From: Candidatus Nomurabacteria bacterium
GTDB taxonomy: Bacteria > Patescibacteriota > Minisyncoccia > Phycocordibacterales > UBA9973
Assembly: GCA_023267375.1 (NCBI GenBank)
Contig: JAHFNJ010000001.1
Coordinates: forward strand, 85,878 to 149,877
Reading direction: 5' to 3'
DNA length: 64,000 nucleotides
Shown: piece after piece, positions 9,476 through 19,840 of the stretch
How positions within the stretch are numbered: the first letter of the stretch is position 1
How the letters are laid out: every line of letters starts with the position of its first letter
Position numbers and translations under genes: made by a program
The notes under the pieces: generated by a model
Told to the model about the DNA's origin: nothing
Seen by the model: the letters and a program-made list of their open reading frames with translations, nothing else
The model's database searches: none

Positions 9476-11944
9476 TTACTCCAAAATTTTCCGCAGCACA
9501 TCTTCAGGTACTTCTTTCGGTTTCTTTGTTTTGACTGGTGCGGGTGTTTCCTCAGCCTTTTCAGGTTCTGCTTTCAATTCAGCTTGTTTCTTTGCCTGTT
9601 CTGCCGCTTCTTTTTCAATACGTGCCGCATTTTCAGCATACACCCTCCGCTCTTCATCAAGGCGTGCTTTTTCTCTTTTGATTTCTTCTTCCCGCTCTTT
9701 TAATTTTTGAATTGTTTCGGCTTCAACCTTCTTACGCTCCTCTTCTTCTTTTTGGCGACGTAACGCAGACTCTTTCTCATCTCGTTCTTTTTGTGCCTGT
9801 ATTTCCTGCTCACGCTCTTTTTGTACTCGCTCGCGTCGCTCCTTCTCTTCTTTTTCTTCGCGTTCTTTGAGTATGCGCAATTCCGCTTCCTCGCGCTTTT
9901 TTATTTCATCCCCAGTATCTTTGCTTTCAGCAGGGGCTGGTGGCGGAACAGGAACAGATGAAGAAGAAGGTACACTTGTTGGTGCGTTAGCTTTCATCGC
10001 TCGAGCAATAACATCTTTCAATCCAGAAACATGTTCTTCGGATGCTTCTTTTTTGGAAAATTTACTGAGAGCATCATTAACTGGGGCAGGATCTTTTTTG
10101 AGAGCTGCAAGTGACACCGGTTCTGGTTCTTTCTTTGGAATTTCCGCTTGTACTTCCTCTTTCACCTCTTCCTTGGGACGCGTAGAAAACACTACTCCAG
10201 CATTGTTGAGTGCTGCCGTTAATGCATCCTTCAAATTGGTACGATTTGGAAATTCTTTCTTTGGTCGTTCAGCTGCCTGACCACTCATTGGCGGATTCTT
10301 TTTAAATACTTTTGGCGCGCCACTATCAGCAGGAGCTCCGCCTGAATTGAATGTCGGAGCAATGCTTCGCGGGACAAATGGTTTTTTCGGACCAGTTTCT
10401 TGCGCGCCGAATTCAATACCGAGAGCAGAAAGATCTGCCACTGCACGGCGGTCATCACCTCGCCCCTTCATCATGAATCCCTGCGCTGGCTTCAATTCGC
10501 CGTTCTTAATTTTCAACATACAGTCCTTGCAGTAGACAGGTCGGCCAGGAATCGGTTCAAATGGCACCATGGTTGTCTTTCCGCAGTTTGAACATTCTGC
10601 TTTAAACTTTCCTTCCTCAACCAAATCACCTTCCCCGGTAATCGTCATACCACTCCACTTGTTTATTTCTGCCTCGATCACTCCCCGTGGACGTGTATAC
10701 AAATCGCGAGAAGACTGAATAATCTTATCAACCACTTCTTTCGAGTTTTCAACTTTGATCGGCGGTAATGTTGTCGCAGAAAATGGCCGACTCGTTATGC
10801 CATCAACCATCAGTTTCAAATACACATTATAGTTCGGCAGGTTCACAATATCCTGCGGCGTAAATTCCGGCTCAAATTCATTTTCCAAAAATTCTGCGTC
10901 AGCTGCACCGACACGGAAAATAATCATCGTTCCGACGTTACCGAACACGGCGTCGCGGACAATGGTATTTGATTCGGTCACCAACTGCCCGATGTACTGG
11001 TGCGCGAGCGTAAGGTTCAAGCGGTACTTACGAGCTTCCGAAAGAATGTTTGAAAACGAATCTGTTGCAAAGTTCTGGAATTCGTCGACGTACATGTAAA
11101 AGTCCTTACGATCATCTTCTGGGATACGCACACGTTCCATCGCTGCAAGCTGGATTTTCGTAATGAGCATACCTCCCAAAAGTGCAGAGTTATCTTCACC
11201 GATGCGTCCTTTCGATACGTTCACGAGAAAGATTTTTCCCGAGTTCATGATGTCAAAAATATCAATTGTCGATTTTGACTGACCAACCACGTTTCGAATA
11301 AGTGATGTCGACAGGAACTGCCCGACTTTGTTTTGAATCGGAGCGATTGCTTCGTTACGGAACTGATCGCGCCATGCTTCGTATTCATGGATCCAGAATG
11401 CTTTCACCACCGGATCTTTCAAGTTATTCACAATCGTCTGACGAAACTCCTTGTCCACCAGCAAACGCGGAATACCCAAGAGTGTGGAGCCGGGCGTGTC
11501 CAAGAGCGCCAAAATGGCGTTGTTCAAAATATATTCCATTCGGGCACTCCAAGCATTTGCCCAAATCTTAGTGAAGATGCCCATGAGGCCAGACGCCACC
11601 AAGTGCTTGTACTTAGGATCATCAATCTGAATGACGTTGAAACCGATATGGTAGTCCGTATCAGCAGGGTTGAAATACACCACGTCTTTGACGCGATGCG
11701 GCGGAATTGATTCCAAAATGCCTTCAACCAATTCACCGTGCGGGTCGATAACACAGACCCCCTCGCCATTCTGAATGTTCTGGATAATCATGTTGGAAAG
11801 AAGCACCGATTTACCGGTACCTGACTTTCCCAAAACATACATGTGCTGACGGCGGTCTTTTCGCTTTATGCCGAAGAGACGGTCGCTATTTCGGTAATTG
11901 GTTTTGGCAAAATACGTAATATCCTTTTTGGGATCGAGCTGCAT
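9476..11944 (-). CDS. VirD4/TraD-like (T4CP/HerA-superfamily) ATPase with CxxC-x17-CxxC zinc ribbon and charged coiled-coil tail
   Basis: Walker A GKSGTGKS, IDPHGE, Walker B YVDEFQN, EARKY; CSNC-x17-CKDC; no N-terminal TM. Confidence 0.88.
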   Translation of the reverse strand: MQLDPKKDITYFAKTNYRNSDRLFGIKRKDRRQHMYVLGKSGTGKSVLLSNMIIQNIQNGEGVCVIDPHGELVEGILESIPPHRVKDVVYFNPADTDYHIGFNVIQIDDPKYKHLVASGLMGIFTKIWANAWSARMEYILNNAILALLDTPGSTLLGIPRLLVDKEFRQTIVNNLKDPVVKAFWIHEYEAWRDQFRNEAIAPIQNKVGQFLSTSLIRNVVGQSKSTIDIFDIMNSGKIFLVNVSKGRIGEDNSALLGGMLITKIQLAAMERVRIPEDDRKDFYMYVDEFQNFATDSFSNILSEARKYRLNLTLAHQYIGQLVTESNTIVRDAVFGNVGTMIIFRVGAADAEFLENEFEPEFTPQDIVNLPNYNVYLKLMVDGITSRPFSATTLPPIKVENSKEVVDKIIQSSRDLYTRPRGVIEAEINKWSGMTITGEGDLVEEGKFKAECSNCGKTTMVPFEPIPGRPVYCKDCMLKIKNGELKPAQGFMMKGRGDDRRAVADLSALGIEFGAQETGPKKPFVPRSIAPTFNSGGAPADSGAPKVFKKNPPMSGQAAERPKKEFPNRTNLKDALTAALNNAGVVFSTRPKEEVKEEVQAEIPKKEPEPVSLAALKKDPAPVNDALSKFSKKEASEEHVSGLKDVIARAMKANAPTSVPSSSSVPVPPPAPAESKDTGDEIKKREEAELRILKEREEKEEKERRERVQKEREQEIQAQKERDEKESALRRQKEEEERKKVEAETIQKLKEREEEIKREKARLDEERRVYAENAARIEKEAAEQAKKQAELKAEPEKAEETPAPVKTKKPKEVPEDVLRKILE

Positions 11945-11983
11945 ATCGATTGTAGTATAGCATCCCCATCAAACGATTTGAAG

Positions 11984-13675
11984 CTACAATAGCTCCTTTT
12001 GGTAACACTCCTCGCAATAAACTGGACGAGGTTCTTTTTCCGTAAAAAAGGTCTCAAATGTATTGGAGCATTGCCCTGTATGATTGTGAGTTCCAGAACG
12101 GCAATCACATTGACGAGAAACGAGGTCATACCCACCTCGCATAGCTTCACGCTCAGCGTGTCGACAAAAGAAACATTCTGTCGGAATAGGAATAGAAAGT
12201 CTCTTATAGAGGAGTAATTCTTCGGGTAGAATCTTATAATTTCTTTGGCACTTTAGACATGCAAGGATTTCTTTCGTAAAAGAATCACTGACTTCATTGA
12301 TTGAATCTGGAACATCTTCTTGTTTAATTGTTTCCCTACCTCTTGTTTCCTGTATTTCATCTTGCCATTTATACCCTGCATTAAGCGCCTCTTCTTTTGA
12401 AAAAAGAAGCTCTTTCTGTGCTTGGGTTTCATTTACCCCGAATGGAGAATACTTTGTTGGGAAAAATTCCCCCCATTCTCCCCGTGATTTCATGTCAGCG
12501 ACAATTGTTTTATAGAGAGCTAGGTATTCTTCTTTTGAATACTTTTTATTAAGAATAGAGTATTCTCCTTTTTTAATACCCACGCAACCTAATAAATACT
12601 GTGAAGAGTGACAATCAAAACAGTATGCAACGTAATTATTTTTCCACGATTCGAGTGTCGCAATACTATGGTATGAATGATCTGGAGTAATACATTCATA
12701 GGAAAGTTCTGTTTCCCCTCCTACTGTACAGTCATAACATGATTTAAAAGTGACGCCATTATAGACATATTTTGAATCTTCCGAAAAAGATGCGAACATG
12801 GCGTTTTTGGTGTTTTTCGAACGAATCATATCAGTCCCAGTACACGAAACACAATTACGGAGTTCTGCGTACTGGCGAGGCTTATCTTGTAAAAATTCCC
12901 CAAACTCTTGCTTTGCTCTTTTATAACCGATTCGCGTATGTAAATTGTATGAAGCTATTATTTTTTCGTATTCCTCTTTTGAGTACTGTTTATTTTGGAA
13001 ATAGTACTTTTTGTTCCGAAGTCCCGATGACATAAAACAATCCTGACACCCGCGACAGTCGTAACAAAAAGCACAATTGATACAGGCGGTACACCAGTAA
13101 ACACTTTTACAATTTGAAACGCCATTTGCCATCGCTCCATCATAGGTATACTGTGATTCCTCTGCTATACCAAAACAGTCGGATAAATCTTTCCCTGCCG
13201 CAAGAGAGACAGAATTAAAAACGTTTTCGAGCTTCCATGCGATAAAAACCATGGCACAATTCTTTGAAAACGCCACATCGTTCGTATACAGACAATTCGT
13301 ACTGGCTATATCATTGTCATTTATTACGCCAAGTGTCGGCGTTCGTCTATATAAATCGATACATTGTTCAATAAAAGAACGCTTTGGATCATACTCCATA
13401 CCATAATCATATGGATTCCAATTATCACTATGAAAACATTTTGGACACAATAACGAAAATGGTGTGTTCGGTGCATAGATAGAAATAAATTTTTTGCTAC
13501 ATAAACTACACTCTCGAGAATAGAGAGTGCAATCATTTCTCCATGAAAGGCGGCGGATTCTGCGACAATGTGAGCAGAGCGTAGGAGCTGGGACTTCCAT
13601 TTTTTCGTAAAACGAAAAATCATCTGGTTCAATGATAAAATCCTTTTTGCAGTTTTGACAGTTGCGGGTTTCCAT
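11984..13675 (-). CDS. Cys-rich zinc-ribbon/solenoid protein, paralogue 1
   Basis: CQNC...FYEK..VPAPTLCSHCR N-terminus, GEFFP..YSPF, C-terminal VYCEECYQKE. Confidence 0.85.
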   Translation of the reverse strand: METRNCQNCKKDFIIEPDDFSFYEKMEVPAPTLCSHCRRIRRLSWRNDCTLYSRECSLCSKKFISIYAPNTPFSLLCPKCFHSDNWNPYDYGMEYDPKRSFIEQCIDLYRRTPTLGVINDNDIASTNCLYTNDVAFSKNCAMVFIAWKLENVFNSVSLAAGKDLSDCFGIAEESQYTYDGAMANGVSNCKSVYWCTACINCAFCYDCRGCQDCFMSSGLRNKKYYFQNKQYSKEEYEKIIASYNLHTRIGYKRAKQEFGEFLQDKPRQYAELRNCVSCTGTDMIRSKNTKNAMFASFSEDSKYVYNGVTFKSCYDCTVGGETELSYECITPDHSYHSIATLESWKNNYVAYCFDCHSSQYLLGCVGIKKGEYSILNKKYSKEEYLALYKTIVADMKSRGEWGEFFPTKYSPFGVNETQAQKELLFSKEEALNAGYKWQDEIQETRGRETIKQEDVPDSINEVSDSFTKEILACLKCQRNYKILPEELLLYKRLSIPIPTECFFCRHAEREAMRGGYDLVSRQCDCRSGTHNHTGQCSNTFETFFTEKEPRPVYCEECYQKELL

Positions 13676-13679
13676 AAAA

Positions 13680-15380
13680 TCAAACTATCTCTTGCTGATA
13701 ACAGCTTTCACAATACACAATCTCAGGTCTATTTGGCGCGTAACCCGTTTTCATAGCATTGCCACATTTATCGCAATTGCGATCATAGAGCTTCGGTGGG
13801 TTTGTTCGATCAAAACGCTCCTTCTGTCGACAAGTTGGACACCGAGAAGGTAGAGGCATACTGAGTTTACGCATTAACGAAAGTTCATTGGAAACAACAC
13901 GGAACGCCTTATTGCAACTTTCACAGGCAATCACTTCGTTAACAATTTCATCTTTTGTTCCGGTTATTGTATCTGGAATTTCATCTGCTTTTTTTGTGAT
14001 AGCGTACTGATTGGTTTCTGGCTCAAGCCAATCCATTCCATAGGCTGCAACTTCTTCTTGTGTCTTTGGAAAATAACGATGCGCAACAGTTTCATTGTAT
14101 GCAAATGGCGAAAAATCAAGAGGTAGAAATTCACCATACTTCCACTCCCTTCCTAATGCATCTATATATGGATTCTTCACCATATCTTCGCGAATGTGCG
14201 CAGCCAACTTTTCATATTCTTCCTTTGAATATTCTTTGTTTAAAATACAGTATTCTTTGCGCTTCAAACTCACACAACCAAAAACATTTTTAGACGCAAT
14301 TGTATATATACAATATTCATTATAAAGCGCGTTCGGCCAACTTTGATAACAAAATTTAACGTTATTTGCTCCTTCTCCTACGATCATACATTCATAAATA
14401 AGTTCTGCTCCATTTCCCCAACCTGTGTAATCGTAACAATCTCGTGCTGATGGAACACTAATCCAACCAATGTATCGCGAATCTTCTACTCCTGAAACCA
14501 TATATGCATTCTTTGCATTTTTTGATTCATACACATAATCCCCGGTAACATTTACATTTAAACTGTTACCACTGTATGCACGACGCGGATATGTATCCCA
14601 GAATGCTCGTGCTTTTTGTTTTATTCCATTGAGGGCCGAGCGAGAATCTAAGTTAAACTCTTTCAATTTCTCAAAATATCCTTCGCGAGAATACTGTTCA
14701 TTAAATATGCAGTAACTTTTATTGCGCAAGTTTACACAACCAAAACAATTCACACACCCAGCACAACTTCGAGAAAACCAAGTATCAGTACATGAATCAC
14801 ATTCTTCAGAAAAAAATGTGTTGTAACACTTATTACAACCAACATCTTCATAGCACAGCTCACAATCCTTCATGCGATAACAATCAGCTGAATCTTTGAG
14901 AGTCATAAGATACGATGAATAGAAGGTGTTCTCGCAGTAATCTGCCCAAAACGTCATATAGGTATTTTTCTGATAAGCTACAGCATTTGTGTATTCACTG
15001 TTCTCAAGAGTCAAATAAGCGCTTTCAAGTGCTGGCCATGGGACCGTATCGAGAAATTCCTTCATCTGCGCAAGAAATGGACGAGTTTGGTCATATTCTT
15101 TCGCATATTCAGTACCATCCCAGTCATCAGCCCACCAGCACTTCTGACAGTAAACAATTCGCTTGCGTTGCGGAGAAAAAACACTAAGCATGTTTTTTTT
15201 TCCACACTTGGCACAATCCCGTTTGTAAAGACTCCAGACATCGTTAAATGAAAGACGTCTGATTAGGCGGCATTCTGGGCACCATGTTGGTGGAGGAACT
15301 TTTATCTTCTCGTAAAAACCAAAATCATCTGGTTCTATCGTAAAATCTTTTTTACAGTTTTGGCAGTTTTTAGTTTCCAT
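13680..15380 (-). CDS. Cys-rich zinc-ribbon/solenoid protein, paralogue 2
   Basis: Same architecture; start set at METKN by alignment with the other paralogues. Confidence 0.85.
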   Translation of the reverse strand: METKNCQNCKKDFTIEPDDFGFYEKIKVPPPTWCPECRLIRRLSFNDVWSLYKRDCAKCGKKNMLSVFSPQRKRIVYCQKCWWADDWDGTEYAKEYDQTRPFLAQMKEFLDTVPWPALESAYLTLENSEYTNAVAYQKNTYMTFWADYCENTFYSSYLMTLKDSADCYRMKDCELCYEDVGCNKCYNTFFSEECDSCTDTWFSRSCAGCVNCFGCVNLRNKSYCIFNEQYSREGYFEKLKEFNLDSRSALNGIKQKARAFWDTYPRRAYSGNSLNVNVTGDYVYESKNAKNAYMVSGVEDSRYIGWISVPSARDCYDYTGWGNGAELIYECMIVGEGANNVKFCYQSWPNALYNEYCIYTIASKNVFGCVSLKRKEYCILNKEYSKEEYEKLAAHIREDMVKNPYIDALGREWKYGEFLPLDFSPFAYNETVAHRYFPKTQEEVAAYGMDWLEPETNQYAITKKADEIPDTITGTKDEIVNEVIACESCNKAFRVVSNELSLMRKLSMPLPSRCPTCRQKERFDRTNPPKLYDRNCDKCGNAMKTGYAPNRPEIVYCESCYQQEIV

Positions 15381-15382
15381 AA

Positions 15383-17080
15383 TTAAACAATTTCTTTTGT
15401 ATAACAATCCTTACAATAAACGATCGGTTTATTCTTGAGTAATTTAGAGACAGGTGTGGTTTTACCACATTGCACACATTGGCAGGTAGTCATTTTTGAT
15501 TCATCAAGCCACATATCGAGCTTTTCTCCTATGCGACAAAAAGGACACGCTCGTGGAAGCGGAAAGTGTCGGCCACGAAGAAAATCAAGTTCTGCTCTCA
15601 CAATCTTAAACCCTTTTTTACATAAAGTACACTGAATCACCTCTTTTAGAATCGTCTCGTCCACATCTTTGATATTGTCGGGCAAATCTTCGCTTCTTTT
15701 AGTAATTGCATGCTCAGTCGGTGTTTTCTCTTGCCAGTTATAACCATAGCTTACTGCATCACTCTCAGTCATTGGAAATACTCGCTGGGCCACTGTGGCA
15801 TTGTATGTCCAAGGACTTAGTGCTATTGGGAAAAATTCACCATAACGATAGACGTTGCCCCGCTTATCGGTATATGGCATGTCATTCATCTGTTGAATAA
15901 TTTTTCCACGAAGTGCATAAAATTCTTCTTTAGAGTACGGCTTATTAAAAATCGTGTACTCTCCTTTTTTTACACTCACGCACCCGAAAAATCCTCTCCC
16001 ACCAATAGTAAGAAATGAGTACTCCATGTCACTCCCCCCGATTGCACTTAATACACTCCATTTTATATTTTGAGCATTTTCACCTATAGTGAGAGAATCA
16101 TAAGAAAGTTCAGCACCTCCCCACCCAGTAATATCATATGAATCCTTCGTGTCATGTAAAAAATGAAGATACCTACCATCTTGGCACGTAACCAACTCAA
16201 AAGAATCTTTGCAATTTTTTGATTCAAAGATCATGTTCCCTGTGCAGCCAACAGACATGTCATCATAGTAGGCTTTTTGTGGAAACGAATCCCAATGTTT
16301 TTCCGTTTCCTTTTTTATTCCTTGATACTGTGCATACGACCCAAAATCGATCTGATCCAATCTATTAGAATATTCTTCTTTGGAAAGAGGTTCATTAAAA
16401 TAGTGGTATTTTTTATTTCTCAAATTCGCCGACCCAAAACAATTTTGGCAATTAGCGCAATTGCGCAAGAAATGGCAATTCATTGATTCAGTCACTTGAT
16501 TCCGCAACCCGACTCCACCGCTCACTTTAAAGATATGCATTGAGTCATAGCATCGATCGGAGCTCATAACGAGTGACGAATCAAGCATGGTGTTACTATG
16601 CATAATATAAACACCATAGGATGCATCCTCAGTCCAGTCGGTATTAAAAACCAAATAACAATTCTTAAGCGAACCAGTGTAGTTTGTATAGGGAGATGTC
16701 GCAATCACATTCTGCTCAATCGCAAGTGCAAGATGCGGGACTTCGTGCATAAGCTCATCAAACTGCTCAAAAAATGACCGAGAAAAATCGTAGTCGCGAG
16801 CATACGAAAGCGGGTCCCAACCATCGCCCCACCAACACGTCGGGCAATATACTGTATAGTTTGCTTCGAGTGGATACATAGAAATAGTATCTTTCTTACA
16901 TAAATCACAGGGACGTTTGTAGAGCGTTACTAAATTAAAAAAAGCGAGCCGACGCTGCAATCGACACTCTGCACAAAAGGTCGGCGGAGGTACTTTCATT
17001 TTTTCGTAAAAAGAAAAATCATCAGGTTCGATAGTAAACTGATTCTTACAATTCTGACAATTTTTTGTTTCTGAATTCAT
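15383..17080 (-). CDS. Cys-rich zinc-ribbon/solenoid protein, paralogue 3
   Basis: Same architecture; C-terminal CVQC-x17-CKDC. Confidence 0.85.
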   Translation of the reverse strand: MNSETKNCQNCKNQFTIEPDDFSFYEKMKVPPPTFCAECRLQRRLAFFNLVTLYKRPCDLCKKDTISMYPLEANYTVYCPTCWWGDGWDPLSYARDYDFSRSFFEQFDELMHEVPHLALAIEQNVIATSPYTNYTGSLKNCYLVFNTDWTEDASYGVYIMHSNTMLDSSLVMSSDRCYDSMHIFKVSGGVGLRNQVTESMNCHFLRNCANCQNCFGSANLRNKKYHYFNEPLSKEEYSNRLDQIDFGSYAQYQGIKKETEKHWDSFPQKAYYDDMSVGCTGNMIFESKNCKDSFELVTCQDGRYLHFLHDTKDSYDITGWGGAELSYDSLTIGENAQNIKWSVLSAIGGSDMEYSFLTIGGRGFFGCVSVKKGEYTIFNKPYSKEEFYALRGKIIQQMNDMPYTDKRGNVYRYGEFFPIALSPWTYNATVAQRVFPMTESDAVSYGYNWQEKTPTEHAITKRSEDLPDNIKDVDETILKEVIQCTLCKKGFKIVRAELDFLRGRHFPLPRACPFCRIGEKLDMWLDESKMTTCQCVQCGKTTPVSKLLKNKPIVYCKDCYTKEIV

Positions 17081-17141
17081 TTTATATAAAAAGAAACCAT
17101 GAGCGAGATGTGGCTCGCTTTAGCATTTTAAAATCGAATAC

Positions 17142-17447
17142 TCACCGCATCGTCTCAACCATCCATTCTTTATAGCTGTGATTCAATCGACGAATATCAA
17201 CTCCAGCTACAAGCGGTACACTATATGTATGATTTTGGGAAATAATGGTCTCAACTTCCTGCAATTTCGATTCGAGTGTCGTAATCAAAAGAATCGCTTG
17301 CAAATGATCTTTCATTACTCCTTCATACATATATATCGATTCGACAGGCCAAAAATCAACACAGGCCCCCACTTTTCGCGAGATGATGAGTGATCCCAAT
17401 TTTTTCGCTTCGGCTGTGGTTTCGCATGTTGTATAGACAAATACCAT
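17142..17447 (-). CDS. cutA: CutA divalent-cation tolerance family protein
   Basis: 101 aa; VYTT, GACV, VESIY.YEG and HTYSVP motifs. Confidence 0.85.
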   Translation of the reverse strand: MVFVYTTCETTAEAKKLGSLIISRKVGACVDFWPVESIYMYEGVMKDHLQAILLITTLESKLQEVETIISQNHTYSVPLVAGVDIRRLNHSYKEWMVETMR

Positions 17448-17580
17448 AGAAATAGAGCCTTTTGGGCTTAATTAGCTTTCGACCTTTACGCTTTCATTAT
17501 ACACCTCAAAAAGCTAATCAATTTGATTGACGAAAGAAGCAAATACTGTATAATTTTTCAAAAATCAAAACTATACTGAA

Positions 17581-18024
17581 ATGAAGAAACTACTGCTCAT
17601 TCTGATGGTTGTCCTGACACAAACAGTGTACGCACAACCCAAAACTACACCTTCCCTTCCTGATGAAGATTACCGTCGCCCACCAATGTCACTCAAAGAA
17701 AAACATGTGTTGGCTATCAAAAACTACATTCCTGACCCGTGCCAGGAATCGTATGTAGTAAACAATAGTACAATTTATCGTTATCGTGATGTAAATAAAA
17801 ATGTGATCTTGTTGTTTCTTCCCAAAGATACAACCGTCGGCTTTGCGGTAGCCACCCACGACACGCTCGGCAATCACATGTTTATTCCATTTACAATCGA
17901 TAAAAAAATGTTCTTCTGGTATCTCGAAGAAAACGATAAAATAACATCGGAAGAAAACCTTGATGCACTGATGGAAGAAATTATTGTTATCTTATGGAAC
18001 AAGGACAAAAAGGCAAGGATGTAG
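17581..18024 (+). CDS. Orphan secreted protein
   Basis: Signal peptide MKKLLLILMVVLTQTVYA; own TTGACG...TATAAT promoter and downstream terminator. Confidence 0.7.
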   Translation: MKKLLLILMVVLTQTVYAQPKTTPSLPDEDYRRPPMSLKEKHVLAIKNYIPDPCQESYVVNNSTIYRYRDVNKNVILLFLPKDTTVGFAVATHDTLGNHMFIPFTIDKKMFFWYLEENDKITSEENLDALMEEIIVILWNKDKKARM

Positions 18025-18034
18025 GAATGTAATC

Positions 18035-18071
18035 TTTAAAGGGATGTTCGCTTTGCGAACATCCCTTTAAA
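18035..18071. terminator. Bidirectional intrinsic terminator
   Basis: Perfect 17-bp stem TTTAAAGGGATGTTCGC / GCGAACATCCCTTTAAA. Confidence 0.8.
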
Positions 18072-18097
18072 TTTTAATATTAGCCACTAGACATTTC

Positions 18098-19837
18098 TCA
18101 TATAACTTCCTTTTGGTAGCAACTTTCACAATAAACTTTTTCCGGTCGCTCTGGCGCATAGCTTGTTTCAAATTCATTTGAACACTTACCGGAATGCTCA
18201 TGACTTCCCTCTTCGCACATACATGAACGATGCCAGAGTTTTAGCGGATTACGCAAACGGAGGCGTTTATAGTGTCGGCAATTGGGGCAGTGTCGAGGGG
18301 CAGCAATTGAATTCTTTTTTAAAAACAACAACTCTTCACTGGTTATTCGATATGCCCCCGTACACTGTGTAAGTTCACTTCCCCCTCCAAGACAAGCGAT
18401 GGTCTCATTTAAAATAGAGTTCTCCAGCTCATTTATATGATCTGGCAATTCACTCGCTTGTTTTGTAATTTTATAATCTTTATGTTCTGGTTTTCGAAAT
18501 AAGTATCCTTGAGCCTGTATTTCTTCTTCTTTTTTTGGAAAATATTCTTGGGCAATTGTTTCATTGTAGGCAAATGGCGAAATTTCACTCGGAAAAAATT
18601 CTCCGTATCGATACACCTGCCCCTTTGCATCAAGATACGGTACTGCTCGCATATGCTCTATAATTTTTGGTACCAATGTTTCGTATTCTTCCTTAGTATA
18701 TTGTTTATTCAAAATACAATACTCTTTTTTTCTCAAACCAATACATCCAAAAAGATTTTTAGAGTTGTAACACATGTAAGTATAACGAGTATTAAAAGAA
18801 CTATGTGTCAAAACGGCAAAATACTGATTTGCAGCTTTAATACCCGAATCAATTCCTTCATAGAGAAGCGTCGCCCCTCCACCACAACCATAACCGTCAT
18901 ATCCTTCTTTCAGGTCGATGACATGGGAAATATATTTTGAATCTTCAACTTCTCCGAAAACATCAAAACAGTATTTAACATTTTTTGAATTTCCGATATT
19001 GTCACCAGTTGCATTAACCGATTTGCCGATATTGCCATACTTATGTGGAAACTTTAGTACAAAATCGGAGTATTTTTCTTCAAAATTGGAGAGCGCTTTG
19101 TAACTTCCAAAATCTAAGGATTTTTTTTGATCCATGTATTCTTCTTTAGTGTACTGAGTATTGTAGATGCAATATTGTTTATTGCGAAGATTAATACAGC
19201 CGATACAATCTCGAAGATTTTTAGAGTGTTGCAGAAAAAAAGAATTGATTGATTCATCTGTGTTATATGAATAATGGGTCTGATAAAGGCCAGTACAAAT
19301 AACATCATTGGAGCTTTGCTCAGATTTTTCAACCGTGTCTATATCCATGCAATCTTTAAGTTCAACAGCACCACGAGAGTATGCCACTCTTTCATTGTTA
19401 AACGAGGCAAATGTTAAATAGCAATCTTTGCAATCAGCATTATGGTTGCCATAAGGAGAATTGACGACATTTGTATTTCCTAAATTTGCCAGAGGTACGA
19501 GAGAAAGCAACTTTTGAAATTGCTCAAAAAATGGTCGGGAAAAATCATATTCTTGACCAAACTCTATTGGATCCCATTCATCGCTCCACCAAATATCTCG
19601 ATCGTAGACTACTACCGGCGCCTCGGGGTGGAACATGGTTATCACCTGTTTGCCAGTTTTCGCACAGGTGCGTTTAAAGAGAGACCGTTCATTGCGCCAT
19701 GTTAGGCGACGAATCATTCTACATTCCGGACAAAATGTCGGTGGCGGCACTTTAATTTTCGTATAAAAATCAAAGTCTTCAGGTTCTATTGTGAAGTCTT
19801 GTTTGCAGTTTTGGCAGGTTTTTGTTTGAGAGTTCAT
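18098..19837 (-). CDS. Cys-rich zinc-ribbon/solenoid protein, paralogue 4
   Basis: Same architecture; GEFFPSEISPFAYNE, VYCESCYQKE. Confidence 0.85.
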   Translation of the reverse strand: MNSQTKTCQNCKQDFTIEPEDFDFYTKIKVPPPTFCPECRMIRRLTWRNERSLFKRTCAKTGKQVITMFHPEAPVVVYDRDIWWSDEWDPIEFGQEYDFSRPFFEQFQKLLSLVPLANLGNTNVVNSPYGNHNADCKDCYLTFASFNNERVAYSRGAVELKDCMDIDTVEKSEQSSNDVICTGLYQTHYSYNTDESINSFFLQHSKNLRDCIGCINLRNKQYCIYNTQYTKEEYMDQKKSLDFGSYKALSNFEEKYSDFVLKFPHKYGNIGKSVNATGDNIGNSKNVKYCFDVFGEVEDSKYISHVIDLKEGYDGYGCGGGATLLYEGIDSGIKAANQYFAVLTHSSFNTRYTYMCYNSKNLFGCIGLRKKEYCILNKQYTKEEYETLVPKIIEHMRAVPYLDAKGQVYRYGEFFPSEISPFAYNETIAQEYFPKKEEEIQAQGYLFRKPEHKDYKITKQASELPDHINELENSILNETIACLGGGSELTQCTGAYRITSEELLFLKKNSIAAPRHCPNCRHYKRLRLRNPLKLWHRSCMCEEGSHEHSGKCSNEFETSYAPERPEKVYCESCYQKEVI

Positions 19838-19840
19838 ACA

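Noticed and set aside
9480-9960. E/K/R-rich repeats in the ATPase 1 tail and the PKAK repeats of RpoD
   Set aside because: Ordinary low-complexity coiled-coil or disordered protein segments, not DNA repeat elements
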